IMG/VR virus record: IMGVR_UViG_3300032320_001595
Coordinates: 1 to 64,000 of that record
DNA: 64,000 nucleotides
Origin: a virus
Lineage: Duplodnaviria > Caudoviricetes
Strand: one strand, 5' to 3'
Part shown: positions 44,387-56,400 of the stretch, piece by piece
How the letters are laid out: every line of letters starts with the position of its first letter
Numbering within the stretch: the stretch's first letter is position 1
Notes under the pieces: generated by a model
What the model saw: the letters and a program-made list of their open reading frames with translations, nothing else
Databases searched by the model: none
Told to the model about the DNA's origin: nothing
Made by a program: the position numbers and the translations under genes

Positions 44387-45766
44387 TTACTCGCCCTCCG
44401 CGACACGGGTTTCTATTCCATCTTCATCTACTTTAACTACTATGGCCTTCAGACTCTCTATTATATCATTGTTAATGTTGATATTTAAATCATAGTAGGG
44501 TTCGCCAGAAGCATTATAATTCAACTCAAAGAATTCTAAAAATCTTATATAGTAATAGTTAGTACTATTTGGATCTGATTTTGCAAACTCTTTTGTTAAT
44601 ATATCTGTCACTCCTAAAAGAATTTCAGATGCTAGTGCGGACTCATTAGATTCAGACTGATTATTTTCTAATGGATCTGTATAAAGAAGATCTCCCTGAA
44701 ACCCTGAATTTGCAGGCACTTGATTAATGCCATCATAATCTATTCCGGCCTCAAGAAATTCTCTAGTCGATTTAATTAATGACATTGTTATGCGCTCTAC
44801 TTCTTTCTTAACCTTTGTGTCAATGTTGGGCATCCAAATACGTTCGGCATCTTTAGGGTAGGATATATCTGCACCAAAATTTGTTTTTGGAATATTTGCA
44901 TCAATGGTGCCTGTGGCAGAGCGTGTAGTTGGAACATCAGATGCTGCAGAGGTAGCATCATCTTCAACCGAATCATCTTCTTCCCCGCCACCCTTGCCGC
45001 CTCCACCATCTACGGCTAGTTCGGATATTAAATCTAATTCATTCTTTAGGGTTTTATTTTCTTCTTTAAGTTTTTTTACATCCCCCTGTAATTCATTAAT
45101 TAATCTAAGAATAGCGTCAATATCTTTTTGATTAAATTTACCGTCGTCTAGTACTGGTGGAGGCTGGATTACTCCCCCGCCTGGAGGTTTATCTGGGCCT
45201 CCCCCGCCTGGAGGTTTATCTGGTCCTCCTCCGCCTGGAGGTTTATCTGGACCTCCTCCGCCTGGAGGTTTATCTGGACCTCCTCCTCCGTTGTTATTGC
45301 CTCCTCCGCCAGTTTTTGGAGGAGGAATATTTCCCTTAATATTTGAATCTAATGCTCTATTAAGTTGTTGAGTAAAATATCTTTCTTCATCCTCAGATAG
45401 ATTGCCTTTGTTATTAGACATACTTCTAGCAAGTTGCCTTAACTCTTCTGCCTCATTCTGAGTTAATTTTCCAGCCTGTCTCAACTCATTAACTTTATCA
45501 ATGCGTCTTTGTTCCTCTGTGGCATTATTTGGTGGCGGAGGAGGCGGTGGAGGTGGTGGTGGCGTAGGCGCAGGAGTAGGTGTAGACACAGAAATAGGGG
45601 TAGGCGCAGGCGCTGGCGGAGGTGGTGGCTTTGGCGCTGGCGGAGGTGGTGGCTTTGGCGCTGGCGGAGGTGGTGGCTTTGGCGCTGGTGGAGGAGGTGG
45701 CTTTGGCGCTGGTTTTGGCGGCGGGGGTGGTGGTTTCGGGGCTGGTTTTGGAGGATTCTTAGCCAT
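44387..45766 (-). CDS. proline/glycine-repeat (extensin-like) tail-block protein
   Basis: Five PAPK units in poly-Pro, four GGGGPDKPP units, coiled-coil, acidic C-terminal domain. Confidence 0.75.
   Translation of the reverse strand: MAKNPPKPAPKPPPPPPKPAPKPPPPPAPKPPPPPAPKPPPPPAPKPPPPPAPAPTPISVSTPTPAPTPPPPPPPPPPPNNATEEQRRIDKVNELRQAGKLTQNEAEELRQLARSMSNNKGNLSEDEERYFTQQLNRALDSNIKGNIPPPKTGGGGNNNGGGGPDKPPGGGGPDKPPGGGGPDKPPGGGGPDKPPGGGVIQPPPVLDDGKFNQKDIDAILRLINELQGDVKKLKEENKTLKNELDLISELAVDGGGGKGGGEEDDSVEDDATSAASDVPTTRSATGTIDANIPKTNFGADISYPKDAERIWMPNIDTKVKKEVERITMSLIKSTREFLEAGIDYDGINQVPANSGFQGDLLYTDPLENNQSESNESALASEILLGVTDILTKEFAKSDPNSTNYYYIRFLEFFELNYNASGEPYYDLNININNDIIESLKAIVVKVDEDGIETRVAEGE
45175..45291 (-). 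repeat. 27-bp coding tandem repeat x4 (GGGGPDKPP)
   Basis: Plus-strand unit cc(t/c)ccgcctggaggtttatctgg(a/t/g)cct repeated head to tail. Confidence 0.9.
45600..45755 (-). repeat. 24-bp coding tandem repeat (PPPPPAPK)
   Basis: Plus-strand unit ggtggtggctttggcgctggcgga repeated with synonymous changes. Confidence 0.9.
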
Positions 45767-48700
45767 TACTCTCCCACCTCAATTATTTCTATATTCATGG
45801 AAGGTCCATTGGATGTTACTGCGTGAGATATAGATGATACTGCAAAAACTCTATCTCCAAAGTTTGGCTCATCTTGAACATAGCCACGACTCTTATCGTA
45901 TATTCTAATTTTATCGCCTAATTCTAATAATGGATTGGGGTATATTTCCATGGACAGTTTTAGCCTTTGCCTTCCACAATATTTTATAATCCATTTCATT
46001 AGATTTTTTGCTTGGCTTGTGGTTTGAATATACTGACTGTCTAGATTAAATGACTGAGAGCCATATATAGATAGGTTTCTTTCTCTATCTGCAACTTTAC
46101 GCTTTTTCTCATCAACATTATCAAAGTAGTCTTTCATTGTAATAGTTCCAGAACTTAATTCCTCTACTCCAATTCCAACTATATATAATGGCAAACTACT
46201 CTCCTCTCCAAGAAGAATAGGGCCAGAGGAAGTGTTAACAACTATGATCTTAGCCCCAAATGAAGTTGGTTCGTATTTTTTAATCATATACTGTGAGTTA
46301 ACCTTTGAAACATCAATGAGAGCAGATGAAAACGCAGGGGCTTCAAACCTTATCTCATATTCTTTTACCTGTCTTACTAGTCTAGCAAAGTCATTGAAAT
46401 AGTATTGAATGCCATCGTCTTTAAATAAATAATCTTTATTAACAGGTATTACTCCAGACTGAATGGCCTGATCTAAGGTTGTCTTAGATTTAAAATATCC
46501 TTTAAGCGGAGCGCGTGCTGGACGAGCAGCAGCAGCAAACCATTCATATATCGCCTGTGAATCATTTCTTACAAACATGAAAACTCTTGAACCATTTACA
46601 GGAACTGCATCTTCTAACTTTTCTGTATAAGAGCCAATTTCTGTATTACCATAAAAAATAGTATATTCTGTACCATTATTATATTTTACAATTTGAATTT
46701 CTAACTCAAAAACTGGGTCAGCGACGTTAGTATTCTTTAATACTTGAACCTCAGTATTAGAAACCGTTTGAGCGCCTACTGGTGCTTTTAGAAGCAATTC
46801 AGGCTGGTACTTTCCATCTTTATTTAATGAAATTCTATAGAATCTAAGATTATTTTTAGCGGCCTGTTTAGCAACTGAATCTTTGCCTGCCCCAATAGAT
46901 TCTACTTCTAGATAATATCCTTCGTTATTTCCATTTAGACCAAATCCTATACCAGCAATTGAAGAATTTGTTGACATAATATATTGATCATTCTTTCTTT
47001 TCTTTGTAGAAGAGAATAATCTCATTCTTGTAGATATACTATTTGGAACAAAAGGAAGATCCAAATACTGTCCGTATAGATTTCTTTCACCTTGCATATA
47101 CACAAATGGATCAAAACTCTCTCCTGGAACAATATTGTCTACTTGCTTGTTCATGTTATTAAGAAGATCTACTACCCCAGGAGCGCCCTGATCTAATTTA
47201 TTTATAATATTTATATCTTCTGCAGGAGATTGTGGCCCATCTAATTTTAAAAACCCAAGGTAAGATTCAAGATTTGAGAATGAGAGTGTCCCCAGGCTGT
47301 TCTTGGCAGACTTAAACTTGCTTTGATCTAAGAAATTAAATTTTGTAGTTGCCTTAATATTTCCTGGAACAGAATAATTTTTTGTTTCCCCAAAACTTAA
47401 TTTAAATGTTTTGCTTGGACTAATTCCGTCGCTATTTTCTGCTAATGAGTAGTGAGATTCAATGGTGCTGCCAAGTTTAGCCCTACCATCACCAACTACC
47501 TCGTATGTATAACTGTCTTCTGATTTAGATACTATATTTAACCCTACATATATAACCAATCCAATAAACGCTATAGAGCCACCAGATGGAATAAATCTAA
47601 TAATTTCTTGAAACTCTTCTTCGCTAAATATAATTCTTAAGTTTCCATTTACAGAATAAAGTTTACCTCTATACTTTATGTATTCTTTATCTATAAGAAC
47701 AGTTCCCTCGTAATCAGGTATTGTGTAACCCTCATTCTTGTCTATGAATATAATTAAATCTTTTTTGGCGGCTAGTGCTGCATTTGCTCCACCAGTCCAA
47801 CTAGAACTAATGTTTGTACTTTGATATATATTTCTTACCGCCTCATCTTCATTTAAGGCAACATATTGTTTATCAAAAACATCTTTAAGCCTTCTGTTTC
47901 CAAGATCTAGAGTTAGGTTTGCTGCGCCCATCACAGAGGAATTATCTTGTCCTGGAGTCCATAAGATTTTAGTCGCATATGTATAGTTAGAAAATGCTAG
48001 TGCGGCAGCGGGGAAGTCTTGAGTTAATTGATTTAACACATTGCTGGGAATATTATTAATCCCAGGGACTTTTCTTGGACCAAATGAATGATATCGAATA
48101 TCTCCATCTGTAACAGGATTAATTTTATTTTCTCCATAAGACATTACGTTTGTTCTATATGAGGATATGTAGTTGTATTCACTAGCATTTCCCCCTCCAG
48201 ATTTTGTATAATCCTCATCGAATATCATCCAAAAATCTGTGCCAGGAAGTTGTGCGGGAACTGGATGGTCTTGAGAAACCCAGAAACCATAATAATCACT
48301 ATAGGTCCATTGTGTTTCAAATGGTAGGGCGTCAGTATTGCCTCCGTAGAAAAACCAATTATTGCTATACCAAACATATTTATATGGGTCTGGGTTAGTA
48401 TTAATTTGCTGGGCAGAGTCTTGTATAGAAACTTTTTGTGACAATCTTTCTTTTGTAAAAACATTTAGGCTGCCTTCATTATCGTAAAAGAAACAGCATT
48501 GAGTCGCTACTGCAATAGATTCAAGAACCTCTGCTACCGTCTGCTCTTTTTTACAAAAAAAGTTTCTAATTACAACATCTTCATTTTTACTATTCGGGCC
48601 ATATGATTTTTTAAACTCATACCCAGAAAATCCAGAATTATCTAGAAGAGATAAAATAATAAAAGATAGTTTATTGCTTTTTCCGTATCCTTTCAGGAAC

Positions 48701-49977
48701 AGGTCTGGAGCCTGAGTCTGTCTTAGATACTTCATTCCGTCTTCAATTCCTACTGAAACAGAGTAATCTTCTGCTACGTTCCACTCATTTGAATACATAA
48801 CTTTCAGTGGAATAACGCTAGCAGTTATTTCTGGGCTGTCGATTATTTGATAGAAAGTAAACTTTACATCTGGATTTAACATGTTTAAATCATTTAGGGT
48901 GCTGGAGAATAAGAATTGATTTTCTTCATTTGACAATGCTAATTGTCCAGTACTTGACACCACAGATCCGACTGGCAAACCTATATTAGTTGTATCTCCA
49001 ATTGATGAATTAAATGAAAATGACTCTGTATATTGTGTTAAATCTATTTCTAATCTTGGAGAGATTTCAATGACCTCTAGGCCACCAGGATTTTTTGGCT
49101 TGGTTGTCCCACCATTATTCTGTATATTCTTAACGTTCATATTAAAAACCAATAACCTAACTCCATCAATTTTTATTAATTGAGTTGGACTTACACTAGT
49201 CAGTTGGTTTAGATCATCTACTCTTCTGACAGTTTTTGACCAAGAATTATTGTAATAATATATATCGCAAATTCCGTTAGAGAAATATGCAGATGCTCCA
49301 CCTGGCTCTCTTACACTAACTGCAGTTTGCCATGATCCCGATTTTAAAAACTGTATAGCAAATTGATCTGGTGAAGTCAGATGGTTCTGCACTTTAATTG
49401 TAATTTTATTGCAAGGAAGAGTTTCATTATATACCACAAATGGGTTGGCAGCAGAAATATTTCCATTCTCCATTACTACGCCATTAGTATCTAGTGTTGA
49501 ACCCATTACCTTAGCACTATTAAAGTAGTCGTACTCTCTTGAGTATGAGAACGGATAGAATCTAGGAGAAGCAGAGTTTATATTGTCCTGTTTGATATTT
49601 GTAGCGTTTCCAACAATTAGATTGTTTCCATATTTTTGTAGTAATACAATTCCTGGATTTGGTCTATTTGGTTTAAAAATAGATGAAAGGCTAGAAAAAT
49701 ATTCTTGACTTGCGGCTCTTTTTACCGTGTTGTCATCATAAATAATATAGTTGTCTCCAGATAGTATTTCTGATGAAGAGGCATTATAGATAGGAGTATT
49801 GGATGCTGTTACTGGATTTTTGTAAATACCGTATTGTTCAATTTCGTAGTATTTATTCATATTCCATTCAGCAATAACTGAATGCTCACTACTTATAGTA
49901 TCAATATTTTTTAGTAGATTTCTTGTTGCTCCATAGTCTAACACTAGACCTCCACCAAAGTCATTGAAATATCCCAA
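45766..49977 (-). CDS. large minor tail (tail tip/hub) protein
   Basis: 1403 aa, second gene after TMP; C-terminal EIYPNPLLELGDKI pattern. Confidence 0.75.
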   Translation of the reverse strand: MGYFNDFGGGLVLDYGATRNLLKNIDTISSEHSVIAEWNMNKYYEIEQYGIYKNPVTASNTPIYNASSSEILSGDNYIIYDDNTVKRAASQEYFSSLSSIFKPNRPNPGIVLLQKYGNNLIVGNATNIKQDNINSASPRFYPFSYSREYDYFNSAKVMGSTLDTNGVVMENGNISAANPFVVYNETLPCNKITIKVQNHLTSPDQFAIQFLKSGSWQTAVSVREPGGASAYFSNGICDIYYYNNSWSKTVRRVDDLNQLTSVSPTQLIKIDGVRLLVFNMNVKNIQNNGGTTKPKNPGGLEVIEISPRLEIDLTQYTESFSFNSSIGDTTNIGLPVGSVVSSTGQLALSNEENQFLFSSTLNDLNMLNPDVKFTFYQIIDSPEITASVIPLKVMYSNEWNVAEDYSVSVGIEDGMKYLRQTQAPDLFLKGYGKSNKLSFIILSLLDNSGFSGYEFKKSYGPNSKNEDVVIRNFFCKKEQTVAEVLESIAVATQCCFFYDNEGSLNVFTKERLSQKVSIQDSAQQINTNPDPYKYVWYSNNWFFYGGNTDALPFETQWTYSDYYGFWVSQDHPVPAQLPGTDFWMIFDEDYTKSGGGNASEYNYISSYRTNVMSYGENKINPVTDGDIRYHSFGPRKVPGINNIPSNVLNQLTQDFPAAALAFSNYTYATKILWTPGQDNSSVMGAANLTLDLGNRRLKDVFDKQYVALNEDEAVRNIYQSTNISSSWTGGANAALAAKKDLIIFIDKNEGYTIPDYEGTVLIDKEYIKYRGKLYSVNGNLRIIFSEEEFQEIIRFIPSGGSIAFIGLVIYVGLNIVSKSEDSYTYEVVGDGRAKLGSTIESHYSLAENSDGISPSKTFKLSFGETKNYSVPGNIKATTKFNFLDQSKFKSAKNSLGTLSFSNLESYLGFLKLDGPQSPAEDINIINKLDQGAPGVVDLLNNMNKQVDNIVPGESFDPFVYMQGERNLYGQYLDLPFVPNSISTRMRLFSSTKKRKNDQYIMSTNSSIAGIGFGLNGNNEGYYLEVESIGAGKDSVAKQAAKNNLRFYRISLNKDGKYQPELLLKAPVGAQTVSNTEVQVLKNTNVADPVFELEIQIVKYNNGTEYTIFYGNTEIGSYTEKLEDAVPVNGSRVFMFVRNDSQAIYEWFAAAARPARAPLKGYFKSKTTLDQAIQSGVIPVNKDYLFKDDGIQYYFNDFARLVRQVKEYEIRFEAPAFSSALIDVSKVNSQYMIKKYEPTSFGAKIIVVNTSSGPILLGEESSLPLYIVGIGVEELSSGTITMKDYFDNVDEKKRKVADRERNLSIYGSQSFNLDSQYIQTTSQAKNLMKWIIKYCGRQRLKLSMEIYPNPLLELGDKIRIYDKSRGYVQDEPNFGDRVFAVSSISHAVTSNGPSMNIEIIEVGE

Positions 49978-50483
49978 AGATCAGTTGCTGAACCTCTTGC
50001 TTTTACGTTAAAGGAAAAGTCTTCAAAGAAGACATTATACGTTTCAAGAGAGTAGGTTAGTGGTACGGACGGTGAAGCCATTGGGGTATCATACACTAAG
50101 GTTAGGTAAAAACTATCTGAATGACTTGTATGCCATTGAAGCATTTCTTGACATGATGCCCAGCCAGTAGGAGATGTAATAAATCTGCTTTCAGATAGTT
50201 CTGTTTTTAAAGATGGTAGGTCTTTCCATGATACTGAGAATGTTTTTTTATCTGCAACATGGTATGACCTCATTCTTCCATTGATCATTCTCTTCTTATA
50301 TTCTATTCTATCTAGTGTAACTTGAAGGCTAGATCTATTGTCGTCAGTAAGGTATATGTAATTGGAGCCAGCCGTTCCTAGATCATACTGTCCTGCAACA
50401 GCATTAACGACAGTAGGCTGGGCCTCTGTAAAAATCATTAGCGCTGGCCTTGTCCATACTTGCTGCAAAGTTGTTGTTGGCAT
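49944..50483 (-). CDS. distal tail (Dit-like) protein
   Basis: Directly after TMP; RMINGRMRSYHVADK...WDISMTLVEV. Confidence 0.65.
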   Translation of the reverse strand: MPTTTLQQVWTRPALMIFTEAQPTVVNAVAGQYDLGTAGSNYIYLTDDNRSSLQVTLDRIEYKKRMINGRMRSYHVADKKTFSVSWKDLPSLKTELSESRFITSPTGWASCQEMLQWHTSHSDSFYLTLVYDTPMASPSVPLTYSLETYNVFFEDFSFNVKARGSATDLWDISMTLVEV

Positions 50484-50486
50484 TTA

Positions 50487-53400
50487 TTATATGCTCCTAC
50501 TATGATTTCTACGATTATTTGATGAGTTAATCATACTAGCAACCTTATTAGCAATTGCTGTAGCACTCTTTCCGCTAACCCCATTAATTACAATCTTAAC
50601 GTTGCTGGAAGAATTATTAGTTGAAGATGTTCCTCCATTTACAGTTGTTGCAATACTTGAAGATGGAGCGGTAGGCATTGAAGGCATTCCAAAGGACGGC
50701 ATGTTAAAGTTTCCAGAATTAATTTGATCCATAAAACCGCGACCATACTTATCTACAGCATTTGACTTCATCACATATTCACCGCTTGAAAGAAGAGCGG
50801 GAACCGTATCAGATCTTGGTCCACCCATTCCACCAACAAATCCACCCGCTGCAAACTTAGATGGTCTTTTAATTGAAACTACAGGATGGTTTGAAAATCC
50901 CCCTTGGATTCCAACGCCACCATTGAAAACTTTTCCTGCGCCCATATACATCTCAACGTGATTTACTGGATTCTGAGTATTTACACCGCTTGAATTATAG
51001 TAAAAGATTAAATCTCCTGGAGCAATATTAGATCTGCTAACAGTTTGCCTCAATCCAGCATACTGTCCGTATGATAGTGATGGGCTTGGAAGAGTTATTC
51101 CAGCACCATTCTTATAAAGCCATGCAACAGAAGTAGCGCATCCCCATCCAGTTGGATTTCCACTTTTATCTGTTTGAATTGGATATGCGCTTGAGTATGG
51201 CAAGTATGAATATTTTTGTGCTAAGGAAAGAATATTATCCATTCCTGGAGCAACTGGTGGGTTTGTTGTTACGCCGCCAGGAGGTGGTGAACCTGTTCCA
51301 GTACCAGGATCTGGTTTTGGTTTATTTTTGTTTGGAAATATTCTTCCCTCAACAAGTTTTGGAGATGCAAAATTAAACGATCCTCTTTCTGCAGTATTTT
51401 GACCACCTTCAATTAGCCCACCTTCAGCAAATTTTTGAGTGTTGATTGCATCCATTAATCCTGTGCCGTACTTCTTGACACTAGATGCCTGAACTACATA
51501 TTCTCCATTAGAAAGCATTGCGGGGATTACATCAGACTTGGGGCCGCCTGGTCCAGATATTGGGCCTCCATTAGCCCTATTAGGGATAGGAGATGTTCCT
51601 GGCCTCATGCCCAAAAGTTCTGCTATTGTTGCGGCATTATAGTTTATTCCTGTTTGAGTTCTATCCTGTTCTGGATATAGCGTCATTAATCTTTCTTTTG
51701 CATTTTTCAATGCTTCTTCAGCAGATATTTTATTCTTAATATCTGCAAGATACATTGTTCTAATTAAGGCTTTTTGCTCTTCAATGTAGGGGGCAGCCAA
51801 TTCTGGCCCAAGAACTTTTGCAAGGTCTTTAGCACTAATTATTTGTTGAGCCTCTGCTGCATCTATAGCCTTTTGAATTCCTTCTCTTTTAACTTGTTCC
51901 TTTGCTCTAGCATCTTGAAGATCTTCAACTCTTTTTTCTTTTATTTTCTTAAACTCTTCTAGTTGAGCCTCAAAACCTTTTTGTCTTTCATCTTGAAGAT
52001 CTCTCTCAGCATCCATCTGGTCATTAATTAAATCAATCTTTTCTTGTTGATTTTTCTCAAACTGTTCTTGTCTTTCTTGCTCTTTCTCAATTGTGTCTTC
52101 AATGGCGTTAACTTCTTTTTCGCGTCGATCTTCTATGGATTGAATCTGATTGTCATAGGAGAATTGTTGAGCCTCTTGCCCCATCTCTGTTCTTGCCTGG
52201 AGGAAGCCAAATACATCTCCAGAAGCCAATTTTTGGAGGGCACTAAAAGCAGTCTTTCTTTGATTTGCATAGAAACTATCTACTCTTTGACGTTTTTGAA
52301 TAGATTTAATGTATGCATCTGTGGCCTCTACAATTCCATCTTTTTCTTCATTTAATGAGTCGATCTTTTCTTGAGTTTCTTCACGACGCTTATCAATCTT
52401 TTCTTGAATAAGGTCTGCTTCATCCTGCATTGCTTCTATAGCAGCATCAGATGCTTCTTGAGTGGCCTCAAAGTTTTCTTGAAGTTTTTCTGTGCCCTTT
52501 TCTAAACTATTTTGCACACGGTTAATCTGTTTATCAAGACCTTCAATATTGTCATCTGTTGCTTCAAGATTCTTTGTTAGATCAGCACCTAGCGCTTCAG
52601 ATATAGAATCTTTTAGATTCTGTATATTTATTTCAGCCTGTCTGGTGTCTACCCTTATTTTAATCTCTGCGTCTAGAGTTCCTGCTTCTATCGCAGCAAT
52701 AATTTCTGGAAGACTCATCCCAGCACTTAACGCTCTTAAAACTTGCTTTGCCTTATCAGCATTTTCATCTATCATAGAAGCCAATCTTGATCCAGCGACT
52801 TCATCAATACCTTTTAGGTACTCCTCTATCTGATCTACATTAAATGTTTCATCAGTTGTCGCTGCTATTTGATCAAAATATTTAATTGCTTCTTGTGGTG
52901 CCTCTGTAAATGTTTGGAAATAAAATTCTGCTGCCTTAATTAATTCATCTGATGATGTTGTCGCTAAATCTCCTATCCTTGCGGCATCTCTAACATAGTC
53001 TGAAGATCCAAATGCAATTGCTGATCTACCATACCCTCTTGTTGTTCCTGGACTTACTACATTCCTTCTTCTTTCTTCACCGCTTACAGTAATTCTTTCA
53101 ATTGCTGCCTGAGCCTGTTCTCCACCAGCAGCGCTAGATCTAAATGAAAGCATAGCGTCTAGAGTTGATGTTGCTTCAAGCATTCCCTGTCCCATAGCGG
53201 TAGCAAATGCCTGACCGCCCTTAACCCCTGCTTCTACTGCAATCGCCTCAACTGATGCCGTTGCCTGTTCTGCTGATAGTCCTGAGGCAATCATCTTATT
53301 AAATGCATTTGATAATTCTCTTGCCCCTACCTCAGATCCCTGCCTTTGAATATTTTCAATAAGGGGGGCGTAATCTTGTTTAACTGCTTCTCTTAGACCT

Positions 53401-56400
53401 TGATCAACTTCGCCAGCATTCAGGCCAGCCTCTTTTGATGAGGCAGCCATATCGCTAAACTGTTGAGTTACTGATTTAATGTTTTCGCCAAAATATTCTG
53501 CTGTTTTTACTGGATCTGCAAATGCTGCTATAGCCCTTTCTCTTGCCTCTTCAGCAGCCTTCTTGTATAGCATAAATCCAGTAATGGCAGCAGTAATACC
53601 TAGGCCAGCGGCAATGCCAACTGGACCGCCAAGCATACTTAACATTGCTCCTCCACGCGCGAGCCCTGACCCTGCTCCCGCTAAACCTCCAGGCATCTTC
53701 ATGGCGGCCCCTGCTCCAGCGGCTTTTCCTACGCCCATGCTTAATGGAGCCATTGGAGCCTTTAGCCCTATAGAGGCTGCGGCGCGAGCAGCACCTGCGG
53801 CTTTTAGTTTTTCACCTAAAGATCCTAAACCTAAGAAATTTCCAAGAACATTTGATCCGCCAAAGATTTGCATAGCAGTTGTTGCTGTCATAAGTGCAGT
53901 TGTAAATAGACCAATCTTTGCGGCGGCATCAGATGAGGCACCAGTAACCAAAGTCAAACTAGAGGCAGCCATCATAGCGGCAAAAGAAGCGTTTGATGCA
54001 GCATTTAGCCTAGATCCACCTGGGCCTCCAGCCTCACCACTTGTAGACCTGTCAAGACCTCTACTGAGTCCACTAATTACCCCACGACCAACATTACGAC
54101 CAGTTGCCTCTCCTACTGCCTCTGCTTCTTTAGAGGGAGATGAAGAACGAGTAGCGTCTGCAGCCCCTTTACCCATACCAGTAACAAAGAATGGAGTGGG
54201 GTCAACTGTCATGGTCCTATCTTGTAGATATGTCCTTGGAATACGCCCAGGCTTTAAATCAGTATACCCAGGAATTCCAGCAGTTGTTGCTCCAAAAGCC
54301 TGTCTTCTTCCTCCGCGAGTTCCTTCTGGTCCAACAGACATTGTTTGGAAGGCTCCGTATTGACCAGAAACAGTTTGCAATGTTAGAGCAGCCTTATTAC
54401 TTGTATTTGCAAGTTTTCTTAATGCTTCCTCTACTGCTGCATACATCATAGGATCGTCAATAACTTCTTTACCTAGAGCATTAAGTTCTACAATTATTTG
54501 ATCTATAACAGGTTGTAGTTCTGCAAATGACAGACCTGTTTGATCCATCATTAACTGCCATGCCTGCTGACTTTGAAATTGAGTTTTCAAGGATTGATTA
54601 TGTTGGGCAATTTCTAAATCATTTAATTTTTCCCTTGCAGCGCTATCTGTTAACAATCTATTTGTTGATTGTGTGAGCATCAAAACCAGATTACTGTATA
54701 CATTCATCTGCTTCACTCCTGCGGCTGCCATTGCATCTATAAGCCCCATTGCATAGGGACTTGCAATTGCCCTAAACATAGCCATTGTTTTTTCATCTTG
54801 CAGGTTAACTCTACCTGGAGCAGCAATATGTGCTTTTACTAAACCACCAGTTTGATACTTACCCACCTTCCCTGAATTCATTGCAGATAAAAGAGGGCCA
54901 AAAGAAGATGCTGCTTTTCTATTGACAATAAATTCTCCAGGCTCAAGTAGGGCGGGGATCTTATCTCCACTTCCAGACCCTGGAACATATTCGGGGTTCT
55001 TAGACCCTGCCTGCCTCTTAATAGGGGCAGTACCTCTACCAGCAGCACCAGGAATAAATAATGCAGGGTTTGTAGTTTGTAATGTTCTAAGAGAAGCCCC
55101 GTAGGATGACATGGCTCCAATAAGTTGTCTTAATGCCCGTTCTTGAGTTGTGAATGATCCAGTCAAAGTGTCAACGCCTAGTCTGGCTGCCATCACTTCT
55201 TCATTAAGTAATTCAAACTTTTCTACTCTAAGGCCAGCGATTCTTGCCCCTAACCTTACCATCATCATCCCAAACTTGATTCCATTGGCAATTAGGTTTC
55301 CAAATAGACCGACCAACATAATAACGGGACCAGCAAGAGCAGCAATTGCTGTTCCATACTTAGCAAAATTCTTTATTGGCTCTGGTAGAGCCTGGAAGAA
55401 TTCAATAAACTTTCCAGCGGCTTGACCAATAAATTGAAAAATGGGAATTAAGGATTCTGTTAAAGTTTCACCAATAGGTATAAGAGTATTTCTTAATTGC
55501 TCTAATGTTCTCTGGAACTTCATGGCGGTACTCTCTTGAAGAGTCTTTAACTCTGCATTTGCAATAGCCGCTAATTCTACAGAACTGTTAGCAGTTAACT
55601 CTAAAACGCTTTGTGTCTGAGAACCCATTCTTCCAAGATTCTCAAATAGCGCACTCATTCTAGCAAACTGATACTTACCAAAAATTTCTTCAATAATTCT
55701 TGCCCTGCCAAAATCGTCAAGACCCTGCAGGGCGTTCTGCATGGCATAGATAGTTGGCATAAGTTGACCCTTATTGTCTTCAACTATCTTATTAAGATTA
55801 ATTCCAAATTCTTTTGCAACATCTGAAGCCTTTTGAGTTGGGTTAATCATTGATGCCAGACCAGATTTAATGGCGTTTGCGGCCTCTGCTGCTGGTACGC
55901 CGCCTTCGCGCATAGCCACAAGCATCATGGCGAGATCCTGAATGTCTCCGCCAAGACTTTGTACAACGGGTCCTACTCTTGGAATGGCAGTAGCAAAGTC
56001 TTGAAGTGTTGTAGAAGTTTGATTTTCAACAGCGTTGAGAAAGTTAATAGACTGTGTTAACTCATCGGTATCCATTTTAAATGCGGACTGGATTGCAAGA
56101 GTGGCCTTCATTGCCTCTTGCCTATCGACTTCACCAAGGACTGCTAGCCTTGTAGTTTCTTGTACAGACTTAATTAATTTTTCTCCCTCTGCACCTGTTG
56201 CTGCAATATCGGCAGCGAGGGCAGCAGTTTCTGTTGCGGCAATGCCATAGTTTCTTCCAATACTAAACGCTAATTCTTCAACCTGCTTCCTCATTGCCTC
56301 AGTAGAGTTCTTCATAGAACTTCCTAGATCTTGTCCGTAAACCTTTTGGAATCTAGTGAGTTCTTTATCTAGGTCACGGAATTGTTTTGATACAGCAGCA

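Noticed and set aside
45175-45755. 27-bp and 24-bp repeats as a CRISPR array
   Set aside because: Head-to-tail with no spacers, in frame within a CDS, with synonymous variation; no cas operon (the Cas4-like gene is a stand-alone recombination nuclease).
45501-45833. Plus-strand poly-Gly and Arg/Trp-rich ORFs (45501..45833, 45509..45826)
   Set aside because: Antisense shadows of the poly-proline codons.
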